DNA from: Eledone cirrhosa
Taxonomy: Eukaryota
Reading direction: 5' to 3'
Assembly (NCBI GenBank): GCA_964016885.1
Contig: OZ024740.1
Location: 393,948,001 to 394,012,000, forward strand
Length of the DNA stretch: 64,000 nucleotides
Of this stretch, positions 40,296-55,035 are shown one piece after another (the stretch's first letter is position 1; each line of letters starts with the position of its first letter). The position numbers and the translations under genes are program-made. The notes beneath the pieces were generated by a model. The model had not been told where the DNA came from. It saw only the letters and a program-made list of their open reading frames with translations, and did not search any database.

Positions 40296-42667
40296 CACAC
40301 ATATCGTAATTAACTCCCCCTTTCAAACTTAAACATAATTTCAAATTATCTTGGTGTAATGTGAATCAGAGATAATGTTTTAGATTGTTTCACCAGCAGG
40401 CTTTGAAATAAAAAGGGAAAGGGTCCTAACTAGATGTTGCCCAGCATTTAGTTTGGTTTTTTAGTGTCCCTGTTATACCACTCACACTACTTACTACTGC
40501 TCTAACACTAAACAACGCAGAAGAGCATCAACGTGATTCGCTTGATGTGCAAGTTAGAAATAACAACCAAAATCTCCCCGAAAACACTCATTAACAAGGA
40601 AAAAACTTATATGGACGCCATGATAATGTAGTCCTATATACATTATGTCTGAATGGTCATAGCCGAAATGTTTTTCATCATAGGTCTGTTCGATCGGGGC
40701 TGACCTGATGCTAATCAACAGTAGCCAGAAGCTTTTCATAAAGAACAATATTGAATGTCACACACACACACACACACATTCTAACACACTTACCCACCCC
40801 CCTACACAGCCAAATACGCACCCATACGCTTCTACAGTCACACATATATAAATATAAATAATAATAAAGATGAAATATATAGATAAAATAAAATAAATAA
40901 ATGAATATATAAGTTAGTAAATAAATAAATGTTATAGCTTAGCAGTCTTGCTAGATACACATTTTGTTGTTTAGAATAGTGTAAAGGAAGAAAGGAGGGG
41001 AAAAAGATTTCTTTCGAACTAATGCGATGCACACAAAAGCCATTTTTCTTTTTCTTGTGCTGTCAATAAATGTTGAGATTGCATGGTTAGACACAAGTGA
41101 TCGATCTCTTTTTCCTTCACATAAGACTAACCTTTGACCTGTGACCTCTCACTTACCACCTCAATCACCTCCAGACAGACAAGCATGGCAACCAAAACCA
41201 ACATGCATTTATTTATATATTTCTTTACTTTTTATTTTTATAAATTTTCTTCTTTTTTTTCACAAATCCTGTAATACACACAACCATCCATCTAACCTGT
41301 CAACCAGCCAGCCAGCCAGCTACTGGCCAACCGATCGACCAACTGACACACCATCCCCACCCCTCTCTTTATCTAGCGACTAACTGACCGATCATCAAAC
41401 AATCCAACAAACCAAGCCTTACTAACTAGTCCCATAATGCCGCATCATGAATCACATTATTATCTGTTTTGGCAGCACATTTACTAATATTATGATCCAG
41501 AGATTAGTCTCACCCCTTACCTAGAGATGACTCGAATATATATATGAATATTTCCATCTAATAACGGGCGGTGTATTAGCCGAATAGGTAAAGCGTCGGA
41601 TAAGATGCGTTCAGTTACACCGTTTAATTCGTGTGTTCAAATCCTGCCAAAGTCGATTTTGTTTTTCATCTTTTTAGGATTCATAAAATAAAGAAAGAGT
41701 TAACTAGTAGGGCTGATATAATCAACTGTACCTTCCCCCAAAATGTCTATCTCTGTATCATTATCTGTTACTCATGGAATTTGCAACCGCACTAGTTGTT
41801 TTCGTTATTTTTGCTTCACATTTTTGCTTCACATTGCCACAGTTCTTTTCAAGCGTGCATATGATAACATGTTTTCTAGTTTTGAGAATTCGGTCTTTTA
41901 TTCTGACAGTGTATCTAGGGATACACTATCCAAAGTATTCAAATAGTTGATAGGTTTTTGGATTAGCGATGAATAGAAAAGAAGGCCAATACTTCGTATA
42001 TTGAGGACCGACATTGCTCTTGTGTATGCGGTTAGCAATTTAGCGCTTTTAAATTACGTTTATCTAGTCCACGATGTCAAGCACTTTTACAAGCAGAGTC
42101 AAGACAGTAGCCATTACGTCACCAATTGAGCATCTAAAAATAGCAGCTATGTTTCATTCAAACCAGACCCTGATCTCTTTAAAATCTAAGGATATATTAG
42201 ATAATATTATATGAGACACACTGCCTGGTCACGGCTCCTTTGTTCATTGGTGCTGAATCAAGGTTGATTTGAAGCTAAAAACAAAAAGTGCTCGTCATTT
42301 TTATGTAGTGGCCGTAACTGTGATCAGCAGAAATAATATACATCGCTGCGTGCACAGATGTGGGTATTGTTAAGATCTCTAGCGACACTAGCATTCGGGC
42401 TACTATCTATTTCAAATTGGAACGCTGTCATATGCCTTTTCGAGGTCAACGAAATAAGCATGTACCACTTGGCAATACTCCCACAAATTATCAAAGACTT
42501 GCCTCAGTGTGAATATTTGGTCAACTGTGCTGCACGCGCCGGAAAAATTAAGAAGAAAAGAAAAAAACAATGATTTGTTTTAATTTTACTATGATTCAAA
42601 GAATATAGCTTTGCTTTAAATTTGTAGTTTAACATATTGACTTAAATAAATTTGTTGTTCATAATAA

Positions 42668-42784
42668 TTGTTTCTACTTTTGGCACAAGGCCAACAATTA
42701 TCCCAGTGCATTACTGGTACTTTATTTTACCGACCCCGTAAGGATGAAAGGCAAAGTTAACCTCGGCGGGATTTGAACTGAGAA
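42668..42784 (-). mobile_element. 5'-truncated SINE with TSD
   Basis: TSD ttgttgttcataataat on both sides. Confidence 0.85.
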
Positions 42785-45700
42785 TTGTTGTTCATAATAA
42801 TGTTATCGCGCATATCGAGCTTATATCCGTGAGCCCGACAAAATGAAAAAAATAACTTTTCTTTAATCCTTCTGATAATGTGATTCGGTGAATAGCAGCC
42901 TGATATATCAATAATACACTTTAATTCGTCAAATGATTTTAATTTATACATATATACATACACACCTAGTAGGAACACAAAGGAACCAAACTCTCACTGT
43001 CACTGCCTCCGTCTCTTCCGCTCTCCACAGCTCTCACTATTATGAGCAAATGGGGACCCACACACTGGCCGTCACGACTTCATAACATAAAATGTTGGCT
43101 TAAATGAACCTTGCTGCTTATGATACAGTTCATATGAAGAATATTTATTAAAGTAGGTCATGAGGCCAATGTGTGAGCTGCAAAAAACTCTGATCAGAAG
43201 GTTCTGAAAGCGAAGACGTTTCAAAACCCGACTTTGATCACCCATCGTTGTTTGTTGCAAGTAAAAGTAATATGAAACACACAGAAAATGGTGCTGCATT
43301 TATCCTACTATGTTTGGTTACGAATCATTGGTAGATGAGTTCAGTTATATGTACAATGACAATGACTTTATAACTTTTGATTTAAACTCGGCCAAACCTG
43401 CTCTGATCCATGAAACGAAACCACTTCCCAACATGGTTTTATATAATAATTTTATGTTAAGTTATTTTCTTAGTAATGAATTAATTAACAATTCTCGTGA
43501 ATCCCGTATTCATTAATTGAAATTGTGTTACAAAAATGTTAAGGCAAGTAATAACATTTTTGTGATACTTCATAAACTAGCTTTATTATTTGTTATGTTA
43601 AACAGTTATTGCTAGACTAATTAAACTTTTTTTCTCGCCATCCCCACATCTTCGAAAGACGCTTTTCAATCGCCAACAAAAATCGATTGTTACTAAGATA
43701 GACAATGACTCAAGGTCAGTTGATTGCACTGGCTCGTATTTCTATCAGAAATACTCACTCGTCGATTTAGAAAGACAAAATGAATTGCACGACAAGATAT
43801 CATAAAACGTTATATATATAACAAAGACGCTTGCATAATACTTTCAATTGATGCGGTTATCTTTTATAATAATGTATCTCTTTTTACTATTAAATGTACT
43901 AGTGCAGTGCCCATTCCATGTAAATACATTGCTGATTCTCATATGGAAAAATCTTTCAAATGATTTTACTATAGAAATACATTGAAAATCCTGTCCCTTT
44001 CATTACGTCTCACTACATTAAATAATTATAGGTATAACTATATTTGTACATAAACCACAGGTGACATAACTACAGTCTTCCTTTTTTCCCTTATATATCT
44101 TTCTTAAAAATGCATATTTTGTAGATATACATTTTCGACGAAAATAGTTTTTTTATGCAATTCATAGTGAAAAATGGTCTTACGTTCCAAGCTTACGTTG
44201 AACTTAATTTCAAATACAAATCGAAAATATACATTGCATTTTAGATTCACGGTAAGCCCCAAAGAAGCCACGATGTAATTTTGTCTCTGGTTTAGACAGT
44301 TGATACCTCTCAATGTAAAATAATTTCGTCGTTTATCTTGAAATACAGCATAAACGAAATAAGAACCATAACTTGACAACACAACAGCGTCTCATTAATT
44401 TGAAATTTAGACCATTTTAGACCATAACTGAATTTAATCTTAGTAGGGAACGCAAGATGTTTGTAGTCCACTGCTGTAACAGCGACAGCAGCGGAAATGT
44501 GGACAGTCTTTCCTTTGGTATAATGTATTGAAGAGTTTAGCGGTTTGACTTTGTTGCAGTGACGGGTGAGGGAAAGAGTGCATTATTCTTTAGAATTTCT
44601 ACAGAAAGGCTTCTCAATGTTCAGTGACCAAACCGATCTAAATATAGTTAAAATCACTATCATCATGAAGTTTTTCTCCAAATGTCTTCTGTTCTGATAT
44701 TTATCTTTCTGTCAAGTCAGTGAAGTTATTTGGAAGAATAAACAAATCAGATTTTTTTACATGCTCGACGGTGATCAAAGTTCGAGACCTCACCGTTTTC
44801 AGTTCAGATGTTCACGTGCTAGACTAAATAAAGCAAAGTAAAATGCTCATATATTAAATTTTTCATGGACACCAACTACATATTCATTAGACAGTTACGT
44901 AATTGTTCATGAACAAAGAATACACACTGCCAAATGTTATTTTTTTTCTTTCTGCATATATGAATATAATTTAGCTATTTAATGAGATAATCATTAAATA
45001 TGTTTTCACCTACATAACTGTCTGGAGAAAAATGACATTCCTGCACGCGGTTATTGAAATTGGGTCACGGAAAGGATATAGAGTAATTAATTATTTTAAT
45101 TAAATTTCTCAGAGGTTGACAAAGAACACTGTTCGATGGTTTGAAGATTAGGTGCTTTGGTCGTGTGCCAAATGTGGAGGGAGATACCAACGTGGATGGG
45201 TTCAGTCACATGTCTATATGTCTCGTATTGTTAAGGTGAAGCACATTTTACTTCAAGTGTAGTTAACTTGGCTTGATTACTAGAAGGTTCAGAGATTACG
45301 CTTTGTAATACAGTTGATAAATATAATGTGTGTGACGTCATTCGGCTTTGGTCAGACCATTCAAAGGGTTCTAAAATGGTGAAAACTATATAAATGGGAT
45401 ATATGAAAATATTTTTTGGTGTTTGAAGAATTGGTGTAATTTGCAAAGTAGGAGTATGTACAGGGTATCAGTGTATACGTTTGGAGATTCAGATGGTGTG
45501 GATTGTACGAACAGAGCAAATCAAGATAAAAAGCTATATTTATATAAAAACTAAATTAAATCGCCGTTGATGATTTGATTTTGTATAAGATTTGTATAGG
45601 TAATATTCTCGGCTTGCAGAGCATCCATTTCTGTAAGATGGTAATAATTTCATTTGCATAGCAACATAGAACAATTTGAAACGGCGCGAAAACATCTAGT

Positions 45701-45792
45701 TGATATTTTAATTATTTTATAGAACATTTAGCAATGTTACTTCGAACCAATGAGGCTCCTGAGTCATACAATCTCATTTCCATTACTCTTAA

Positions 45793-45980
45793 ATAATTGT
45801 TTCTACATTTTTGCACAAGGCCAGCAATTATCCCAGTTTATTACTGGTACTTTATTTTATCGATCCCGTAAGGATGAAAGGCAAAGTTAACCTCGGCAGG
45901 ATTTGAACTCAGACCGTAAAGGGACGTAACTCTATGCTGCAAAGCATGGCGTCCGACCCTGTAATGATACTGCCAATCAA
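45793..45980 (-). mobile_element. tRNA-derived SINE
   Basis: Family match. Confidence 0.88.
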
Positions 45981-46549
45981 CGTTCGATTTGGTGAATTAC
46001 CAAAAACTGCCAAACTTTTAAAAAGATTAGCTGATATCTTCAAAGGCATCTTATACTGCATAAAAAGGCCATCTGAATTATAGGTTTGAATTCACTCACT
46101 AATGAACTCCAGCTTCTAATGAGATCTCGCCATCCAACACCTTTTCTGCTGTTGTTAGCGTGGCCTCTGTATTTCGGAGCTGGTTGGTCTCATACAAATT
46201 TCATTTAGGATCTCCTGATTAACTCAACTCGCTCTACTTTTCACCCCCTATGTTGAATCAACTCTTCAGAACCCACGCTGACCCTATAATCAATCCTTTC
46301 CCTAAAACAAATATCGGTTTGAAGGAATTTCCGCCCTGCACATATTTTTCCTTCAATTATCCCAGTAGAATGTTAAACGTATCAACAAATTCAGTAAAAG
46401 ATGTAAAACTCCATTGGAGAAATTCAGGTAACAACGGGGTATTGTATCATGCTGAATTTTTCTATCGTCCCGCTTACATATTATATTTACAAAAGTTAGT
46501 CATTTCTGAAAACCACAGCTATTCGAGATAGTATGCTTAAGTCGATTTT

Positions 46550-46581
<32 letters not shown>

Positions 46582-46623
46582 TGTATGTATGTATGTATGT
46601 ATGTATGTATGTATGTATGTATG

Positions 46624-49112
46624 TTCTTCTGGTTTTATAATTTCACAAAGTTTTACCAATACAGAGAGAGTCGGTTTCTAACATAGACACAAGACTCTCT
46701 CATTGGAATTTACACAACATCAACTAGGTAGATATGTATGTATGTCTGCATGCATGCATGTGTATGTTTTGAGTTGTATGTGTGCATGTGTATATGCTTT
46801 GTATCTGTACATGTGTATATGCAGTTATTAGATGCAACATTTTTGGAATGTTTTACATATTTTTACTGTTCCATTAATGGATTGTACTTGTAATTTCCTA
46901 ACTAGTTGTGTTCTTTCTGTTCCTGTGAAGCCTAGCTTCTCAAGATTTGTATTGAGGCAGTTACTAACATATCCCAGTGCCCCAATAATCACAGGCATAA
47001 ATCTGAAGGTGTAATCAGGGTGGAGTATCTGCAGATTTCTCATCAGTTCTGCATAAATATTCTCCTTTTCACTAATCTTTGATATTATATTGGCATCTGC
47101 TGGGCAGCTAATTTCCCCTACTGTGCATGTTTTCTTCTCCCTGTCCCATATCATAATATCTGGTCTGTTATGCCTGCATTTTATTGGGGTTTTTACTGGA
47201 ACATTCCACCAGTACTCTTTCATATTATGTACATGGATGTCTTCCACATTGTTGTAGCTTTTAATGTTTGTTATCGGGGCTATCATTTTTACGAACTGCA
47301 TTGTACAGTGTGTTGGCCACTACATCACGCCTCATAGGTAAATAGTACCGCGATGACATCTTTGGGCAGCTGCTGATGACATGGGTGATATCCTCGATGT
47401 TAGTTCTGCAGAGTCTGCACTTGTTATCACATCTAGGTGTTTTGCCTGCATCCCTATCTCTTTTGTGAATCAGGTATTTCGTGCTAATCTCCTGTTCTTA
47501 GATTGCAAAAGCGTATCCTTCAAAGTGGGAGCCAATATAGCGGTTGTTGGTCCAAGATAGACTACTTTCCTTATCTATATTACTCTCACTCTGGAGCTTC
47601 CTAGCAACATATCCATGCATGATTTTTTGCTGATAGGCATGCAGTTTTTCATCCATGGATTCACTGCAATACTGCTGAGCGACATCCCTGGGTGTGAGTT
47701 TTTGATTATCACACAGGGAATATCTCTCAAGGAGTTCCTTCCCAACTCTCATGATCTTATCTGTTTCATGCAGATAGACTTGCTCGAGAAGCGGGCTCCT
47801 ACGCTTCGAGGTTCGTAGATGTTGTCGGAGAGATATGATGCGACATTCAAATGTTGTCTGGACTGATGTTAGGCCTCTGCCTCCCTGCTTACGTTTCAAG
47901 TAAAGGCGGTCTATATCACTGTTGATGTGGAAGTTTCCGGTGTTGTTCAGTATTTTTCGAGTTCCAACATCAACTGCTCGGATTTTGTCTATTGTCCAAT
48001 TGAGTATTCCAAACGTTGGTGTTAGGACAGGCACAGCAAACACATTGTGAGCCACTGTTTTGTTTTGCGCAGAGAGTTCCGATGTCCAGATCTTTCTTAA
48101 TCGGGTGTAGTATTCCCTGGTTACGCGTTCTTTATTACAGATACCATTATAGAATATGTTCTCATCTATCCCCAGGTATCTGTAGCAGTCCTCATCAGAT
48201 ATCGGTGAAACAGTTAGACCATTGATGACAATGTTGCTAGATTGGGTTGTTGTTTTTCCCCGCTTTACAGTCATGTATGAGGATTTATCTTGGCCAAACT
48301 CCATTCCTATATCCTTTGAGAACGTTGTAACCAGGTCAAGATTTTTCTTCATCCCATCCATGTTCTTGGCATAGAGTTTCAGATCGTCCACAAAGAAGTT
48401 ATGGGTTAGGTTCGTATTTCTGTCCTCCTGTGAGCCAATGATGTATCCCTCACATTTCTTGAACAGAAAGGACAAGGGGTTTAATGACAAGATGAACAAT
48501 ATCACAAAGAGACTGTCCCCCTGAAATATACCCCTGCAATATTTTATTTTATCAGTGAAAGTAGAGTCCTCCTTCTCTGTCTTTAACCTTAGGATAGTAG
48601 CCCAAGAAGAAGACAGCCTCTCTATGGCTCTGACAATAATGTCTGGGACTTTAGCAAGTTGGAGGGCCTCTATCATCCAAGAGTGGGGAACAGAATCGAA
48701 AGCTTTCTTGTAGTCCAGCTAGACTGTAGTCATATTCCTCCTAAGTTGTCGCACCTCCGACATCGCAGTTTTGTTGATTAGGAGTTGTTCAGCACATCCC
48801 CAAACCCTTTTCTTTCCAGCTGCTTGTTCATCTGTGATGATGTTATTATTTTCACAGTGATCTTGGAGGAATAGGTTGTGGCAGGCCGTATACATCTTAT
48901 ACATCAGGTTCTGGCATGCAATGGGTTGGTAGTTTTTTGCCAAGTGGGTGTTTTTGTTCTTGGGGACCAGTAACGTTTGTGCTAATGTCAACCATTCTGG
49001 TATAAGTGTATCTCCATTAAGAACTTGTTGGTAGAGGTCAGTAAGATACCTCCGATAGAATATTAGTTTTTTGTACCAGTAGCCGACAATCATCTCTCTT
49101 CCTGGTGTTTTC
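46624..49112 (-). mobile_element. R4/Dong-like non-LTR retrotransposon (RT, CCHC, restriction-like endonuclease), 5'-truncated and inactivated, inserted in (TATG)n
   Basis: NYQPIAC, LDYKKAFDSVPH, GIFQGDSL, FFVDDLK, YRYLGI, CRLC..HVISSC, RPDI.IWD..EISCP..K..EK, PVIIGALG; stops at 48719 and 47498; frameshift near 47280; TATG arrays at 46551-46623 and 49113-49187. Confidence 0.93.
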
Positions 49113-49187
49113 TTATGTATGTATGTATGTATGTATGTATGTATGTATGTATGTATGTATGTATGTATGTATGTATGTATGTATGTA

Positions 49188-49717
49188 TTATCTCTTTCTC
49201 TTAATTTCGAGTATATTTTTTTGACCGGCCACCTTCCTGGTGGCAGGTTGTAAATGAAAAGAAATTGTCATCCCTTGAGTCGCAAGAATGTTTTGCAAAT
49301 TTTGAAGGTGCCAGCTATCGCAGCCATTTGTAGACTATGAATTAGGGAGCTGCGCTTTTTGTCCACAAATCCAAGTTCAGTCATACTTTGGTCCAAGCGG
49401 GTTGGTATATAACCCGTAGCTCCAATAATGATGGGTATGAAGCTAAAGGTGTATCTTGGATACTGGATTTGTAAACTCCTCATCAATGGTCCGTAGATGT
49501 CCTCCTTCTCCTGTATTTTTCTGACAACGTTTACATTAAGTGGGCAGCTGATCTCCACAACAGAACACGTTTTCAATGTGTGGTCCCAAACAACAATATC
49601 AGGTCGGTTGTGCTTTAATTTGGTGGCAGTTTTTATTTTCAGGTTCCGCCAGTATTCCTTAGTGCCATCTGTCTCAATATATTCTTCCTCGTTTGTTGTT
49701 TATTTTGTTTTCCGAAG
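49188..49717 (-). mobile_element. 3' fragment of a second, distinct R4-clade RLE family, also TATG-flanked
   Basis: RPDIVVWD..VVEISCP..KIQEKEDIY..PIIIGATG..KICKTF; diverged from the neighbouring element. Confidence 0.85.
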
Positions 49718-49761
49718 TATGTATGTATGTATGTATGTATGTATGTATGTATGTATGTATG

Positions 49762-49795
<34 letters not shown>

Positions 49796-49812
49796 TGTAT
49801 GTATGTATGTAT

Positions 49813-50214
49813 GACCCCTTAGCCTTTGTCAAGGCAGAATTCTAGGAGAAGGAAAACTCTGATATAACACCTGCAACCCTGATGGTATCCAATGGTGTTG
49901 ACTTGTTCTTCTTTTTGGTATATATCATCTTGGTTAAGAGAGTGGGACTGGCTTTGTGCAGTGCCTTTGCTCACTATAAAAGCTTCACAGCACAGGCATT
50001 GCTTTATATCTGGAGATCTCTCTGCACTTGTCGTCACATGGTACCATGGGCCCAGCACTATGTGTCAATAATTGTCACAAGTGTAGTGTTTGTACCAGAG
50101 TTTTCAAGTCGCTGGCTGGACTAAAAAGTCACACTCGTTCAGCGCATCGGTAGGGGTTCTCCTACATGGATATAAAGTAGTGGCCGTACTCGAAAACGAG
50201 TTGGCAGCCACCAT
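49813..50214 (+). mobile_element. Bipartite RTE-derived element
   Basis: Near-identical to 17984-18394; preceded by (TATG)n at 49717-49813. Confidence 0.85.
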
Positions 50215-50974
50215 ATATGTATATATGTATATATATATATATGTATGCATGTATGTACACATGCATTTTTGAAATGTATGTATATATGTATATTTAATTG
50301 AATAAATAAGGGAGATGAACACTAATATAAAAATACATGTGTTCGAATCGTAAGGACTAGGTTTGCTAGGGTGAAAAAATACTAACTACAGCAATATGGT
50401 TTGTCAGACTTAATTTTAAGTAGTAAATTAAGGAAAATAACAGACCTATATTGGGCAAAAGCCTGGAAACAACTAGAGAGTTTTTGAAACTGTTTCGTAA
50501 CGTCTTATTAAGCGGACTCATCAGTAGTTGTTGAGAAATTAGCGATCCTTCCACTTCTAAAAGTATTAGAAGACTGAATTGTGTGCGATATGACTTAGCG
50601 CACGTGTCTTCAGAACCCAGCTTGTCTCGAAATCTTATGCCCCTAAAAATAGCAGCCTGGTTAGCAAGACATTAAAATTAGCTCTACATGATGGAGCCGA
50701 CAAATATATATATATATATGTATATATGTATTTAAGACTAGCTAACTAGCTACGTGGATATCTGCGCGATTGGTTGACTGTCTGACGTGTGATGAAGAAA
50801 GATCGATAAGTTGGGTTATATTATTACAGATGGTCAGAGTTCAGACTATATGGCTGACGTGTAGAAGGATACTTGTGAAAGGAGGCATGACAGCGGGCGA
50901 TGGAAGAAGGAAGAGAAGACAATAAAATGTATTTAAACAGTGTAGTTTGCAAATGTGACTGTATTAACTTTTCT

Positions 50975-51410
50975 ACATACACACACACACACAAACATAG
51001 ACACACACAAACATAGACGCACACATACACACACAAACATAGACACACACACATACACACACACAAACATAGACACACACAAACATAGACACACACATAC
51101 AAACATAGACACACACATACACACACAAACATAGACACACACATACAAACATAGACACACACATACAAACATAGACACACACAAACATAGATACACACAT
51201 ACACACACACATACATAGACACACACATACACACACACAAACATGGTCACACATACACACATACAAACATAGACACACACAAACATAAACACACACATAC
51301 ACGCACACAAACATAGACGCACACATACACACACACACACATAAAACATAGATACACACAAACATAGACACACACATACACACACACAAACATAATCACT
51401 CACGCACACA
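50975..51410. repeat. CA-rich minisatellite (aaacatagacacacac variants)
   Basis: Direct inspection. Confidence 0.93.
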
Positions 51411-51842
51411 TATACAAATATTACACATATGTGTAAGCATATATATAATTATGTATGTTTATATGTATGACAACGTGTATGTATAAATGTATGTGATATG
51501 TGTTCCTGATATCTGCGCTTTGAGCTCAAATCCTGGTAAGATCAACTTTGTTTGTCGACTTTTTGAGTTGGGTGGTGGATTGGTGGAAGAATTTAATCGC
51601 TGGACAAAATGTCTTGTGATATCTCTTCAGACACTGTGGTAATTAAAATAATAACTACGATCTAGAGACAGTGGTTATGGGTGCGATAACTAACACTCAG
51701 GAAACGATTTGCACGTAGATATACTTAAGAGAAACACAGAGTGGTTTATCATTGGTTGTTTTGGTTTTAGGAGATTTAAAACAGTGAGTGTATACGAACG
51801 GTTGTTCTAAATTTTTATTCTTTCTTTTTCTTTTACTTTCAG

Positions 51843-51954
51843 AAATATGGGTGGCTTTTATGCCCTTTTGTAGGTTATGTAATACTGTTTAATTTGATGT
51901 AGCTGAAATGTACAGTCTCAACTTCAGCAGACTGGTACCAGTAGGAAGATGTAG
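51843..51954 (+). other. Candidate exon (non-coding or 5'UTR)
   Basis: Long polypyrimidine tract ending ttttactttcag and an AG/gtaagt donor; all three frames closed; ATG at 51908. Confidence 0.3.
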
Positions 51955-52223
51955 GTAAGTAACGATTTCCAGTGAACTGCAATTCTAGGTAAGACAGTTT
52001 GAGGTTGGTTTTTAGTATGTTTATGGGAATTAAGACACCGTAGGGATTATGTGAGGAGTGAAGTGAGTATTGTGGGATGAAACCTCCTTCAGAGGAACAT
52101 AAATGTATAAATGAAAGACAGCGAAACAGAACGTCTGCAGGTAGCTCGCTGTAAGACGTTGGTGATTGAAGTGTTGCGAATCTACATGATGGCTATTGTT
52201 AGAAAGTAGACTATAATATATAT

Positions 52224-52322
<99 letters not shown>

Positions 52323-52394
52323 CATTTAAGTATCAGCCGTACTAAGAGTGAGAAATGAAATTTCATTTTTTCCATATATATATATATATTTTTT

Positions 52395-52438
<44 letters not shown>

Positions 52439-54656
52439 CTGCTGCTACAACACGAAAGATCAAGGCTGAAATATTTTGTAACCCTGAACAGGAAAACTAG
52501 TAATGGGGATGCAGTTTTGGCAATGTTATAGATATGTGATAGTCATGAAAGATCGCCAGAGATATTTTGACGCTTTGTATTTGCTTTCTAAGTACTTTCT
52601 CGATTCCATCACTCATGCTCTTATAAAACTATGTTCCAATGTGACATAAAATGACTATAATGATTGCTAGTCCTATACATTATACGTCATTTGCTCGCTA
52701 ATGCCCTGGCCAAAAAAATGTATGTAGTACAATCCAATTTCTACATTTCCCCATAAATATAAGGTGTTGTCATGATGTAAGAAATCAATATTTTACTTAT
52801 TGTTGCCATTTGGTCTGAAGAATCAATAAAACGATATTGAGTTGTGTTTCGAAACTAAAAACAGCGTTACATTGATCTGTTCTCAATATAGTGTCCATTC
52901 AGAATGATAGTGGAGTTAGACTGAAGCAATAGAAAGAGAGACTATATGTATTAAAGTACTTAGCTTCGTCTCTTTCAGTTCAAAGTTCAAATCCTGCTGG
53001 AATCGACTTTATCTTTTATCTTTCATCTTTCATGCGTTCGATGAAATAAGTAATAATCGATTTACATATTTTCTAACCCACCCCTCCTATGTGTATAATC
53101 TAAAGAAATCAATATAGTGTCAAAGTGAGTAAAGGGTGTTGTTGGTAATCGAAGCCCGGCACTTGGTGTCGATTCCCTGTTGTTACATATGTTGTGTTGC
53201 TAATTCTCTTCAAAAATGCATAAAAGTTTCTTTTACCCTATAAATCTGAGGCCTTATCAGTACTGTCAGTATATTGTTATACATTAGAGTCAATATATTG
53301 GTACAGGCATTAGAGTGCCAGTTATGCAGTTTTAGGTTAAAATCTCGCAGGGTTGAATTTATCTACATCGCTCAAGGGTTCATAAAATAAAAACTAATCG
53401 TTATAAATATTGTGTAGTGACTAGCTAGACCTAGTCGAATAGATCTATAATCAAAGAGATGTTTCTCCTGACAAACGAATCATTTCAGACATTTCCTTTC
53501 GGGATACGTTATGTAATATCTCGTTTCTTTTATTAAAGATGGTGTAATGTGATAAGATATAGATTTGGTTGCTATTTCTGCACTATCAAATGGATACAGA
53601 TGAATTGTACAAACAATTCGAGTGACCAACCTTGTTACTCACTCCGTCATATTACATATCACTAAAAACAATGTGGAATGCTCAGCCACTTGTTCATTAG
53701 TTTCACAAGCAGGTTGTTCCGTTGATTGAATAACTGGAACACTTATTGTCGAAACCGATGGAAGTCCATTCCTTTTTATTTCAGTCATAGTATCTTCATC
53801 CTTAAAAAGGAATATAATAATAATTCCTTATACTGGCATTTGAAAGTAGTAGGTATAGTCACCTAAATGTTCATAAAGACAAGTATAGTAATTTAAATTT
53901 AGATTCCATTGGGAGAATCTTTACTGCGTTAGAATCTTGCGGTTTCAACTCTATGAGCTGAGTTCAAATCTCCCCGAACACAACTTTGTTTTCCATGCTT
54001 GTAAGGTCGATAGAATAAAGTGTTGTTGAAGAACTGGGATGGATTTTATTGACTATCTCCCCTTCCCCTAAAAATAGGTGGACTTCAACTTATGTAATAA
54101 AAATATATTATCAATTCTAAAAGTAAAAAAAACTAAAGCAATTCCAACGGAATTTTAACATAGAATGTAGAAGTGGGAACATATCTAGGTCAATGGGGTA
54201 TTGTTTCTGCCATTTCATTGAATGAAAAATAAGAGACATCAATAATATCGATCCGTTGTGGAATAAACAACATAGCTGAGCAATTTCGATTGGGTTTCCA
54301 CTGTATTAAGTTAACAGAATGCCAATGAGGAAACATCTATACTACCACTGGATTGATTAAAAATAGTAAACAAACCTCCTTCAATGTTTGACTTATTGGA
54401 AGGACACATAAAAAATGTCGTTTTGGATGCGCACTCACATACACACACACAGACACACGCACACGCACACACACGCACACGCACACACACACACACTCAT
54501 ATAAACGTAAGAAAGGCCATCAATTGCCTTAATTTGAACATAAAAAAATGTACACGAAGCCAATGTTATTCATGAATACAAGTAAATACCATAACCTCCG
54601 TTCCTACTGAGGGATTTTATATCAACGGAGAACTCGATACATAAGGTGTTAAAGTA

Positions 54657-54731
<75 letters not shown>

Positions 54732-54997
54732 TAACTGAAACCGTCAATAGCCTTAACACGAATATCTACAATAAGATAAAACTTTCCATGAACTCAAGCA
54801 AACTTAATCCATAAACCTACATTCGAATCCACTCAGTATATCCATACCATATAAGGAAACGTAAAGGTCACATGTGTCCCTTAAAACCATATCACAACCT
54901 TCTCGGCAAAACAGTCAACAACCTGTATCGAAGAACAATACAATATAATTATGATATATTAGTTACACGCTTGATATAATTGGGAAAAGGTTGTAAG

Positions 54998-55035
54998 AGT
55001 CTTAATGTTTCGGATTATAGTCCTTCATCTGAAAA
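54998..55035 (-). ncRNA. Degenerate minimal hammerhead (Penelope pLTR type)
   Basis: CAGATGA-AGGA-ctataa-TCC-GAAACATTA; U4A core change, stem III decayed. Confidence 0.45.

Noticed and set aside
47498-48676. Functional 392-aa host gene
   Set aside because: It is a stop-bounded piece of the retrotransposon RT.
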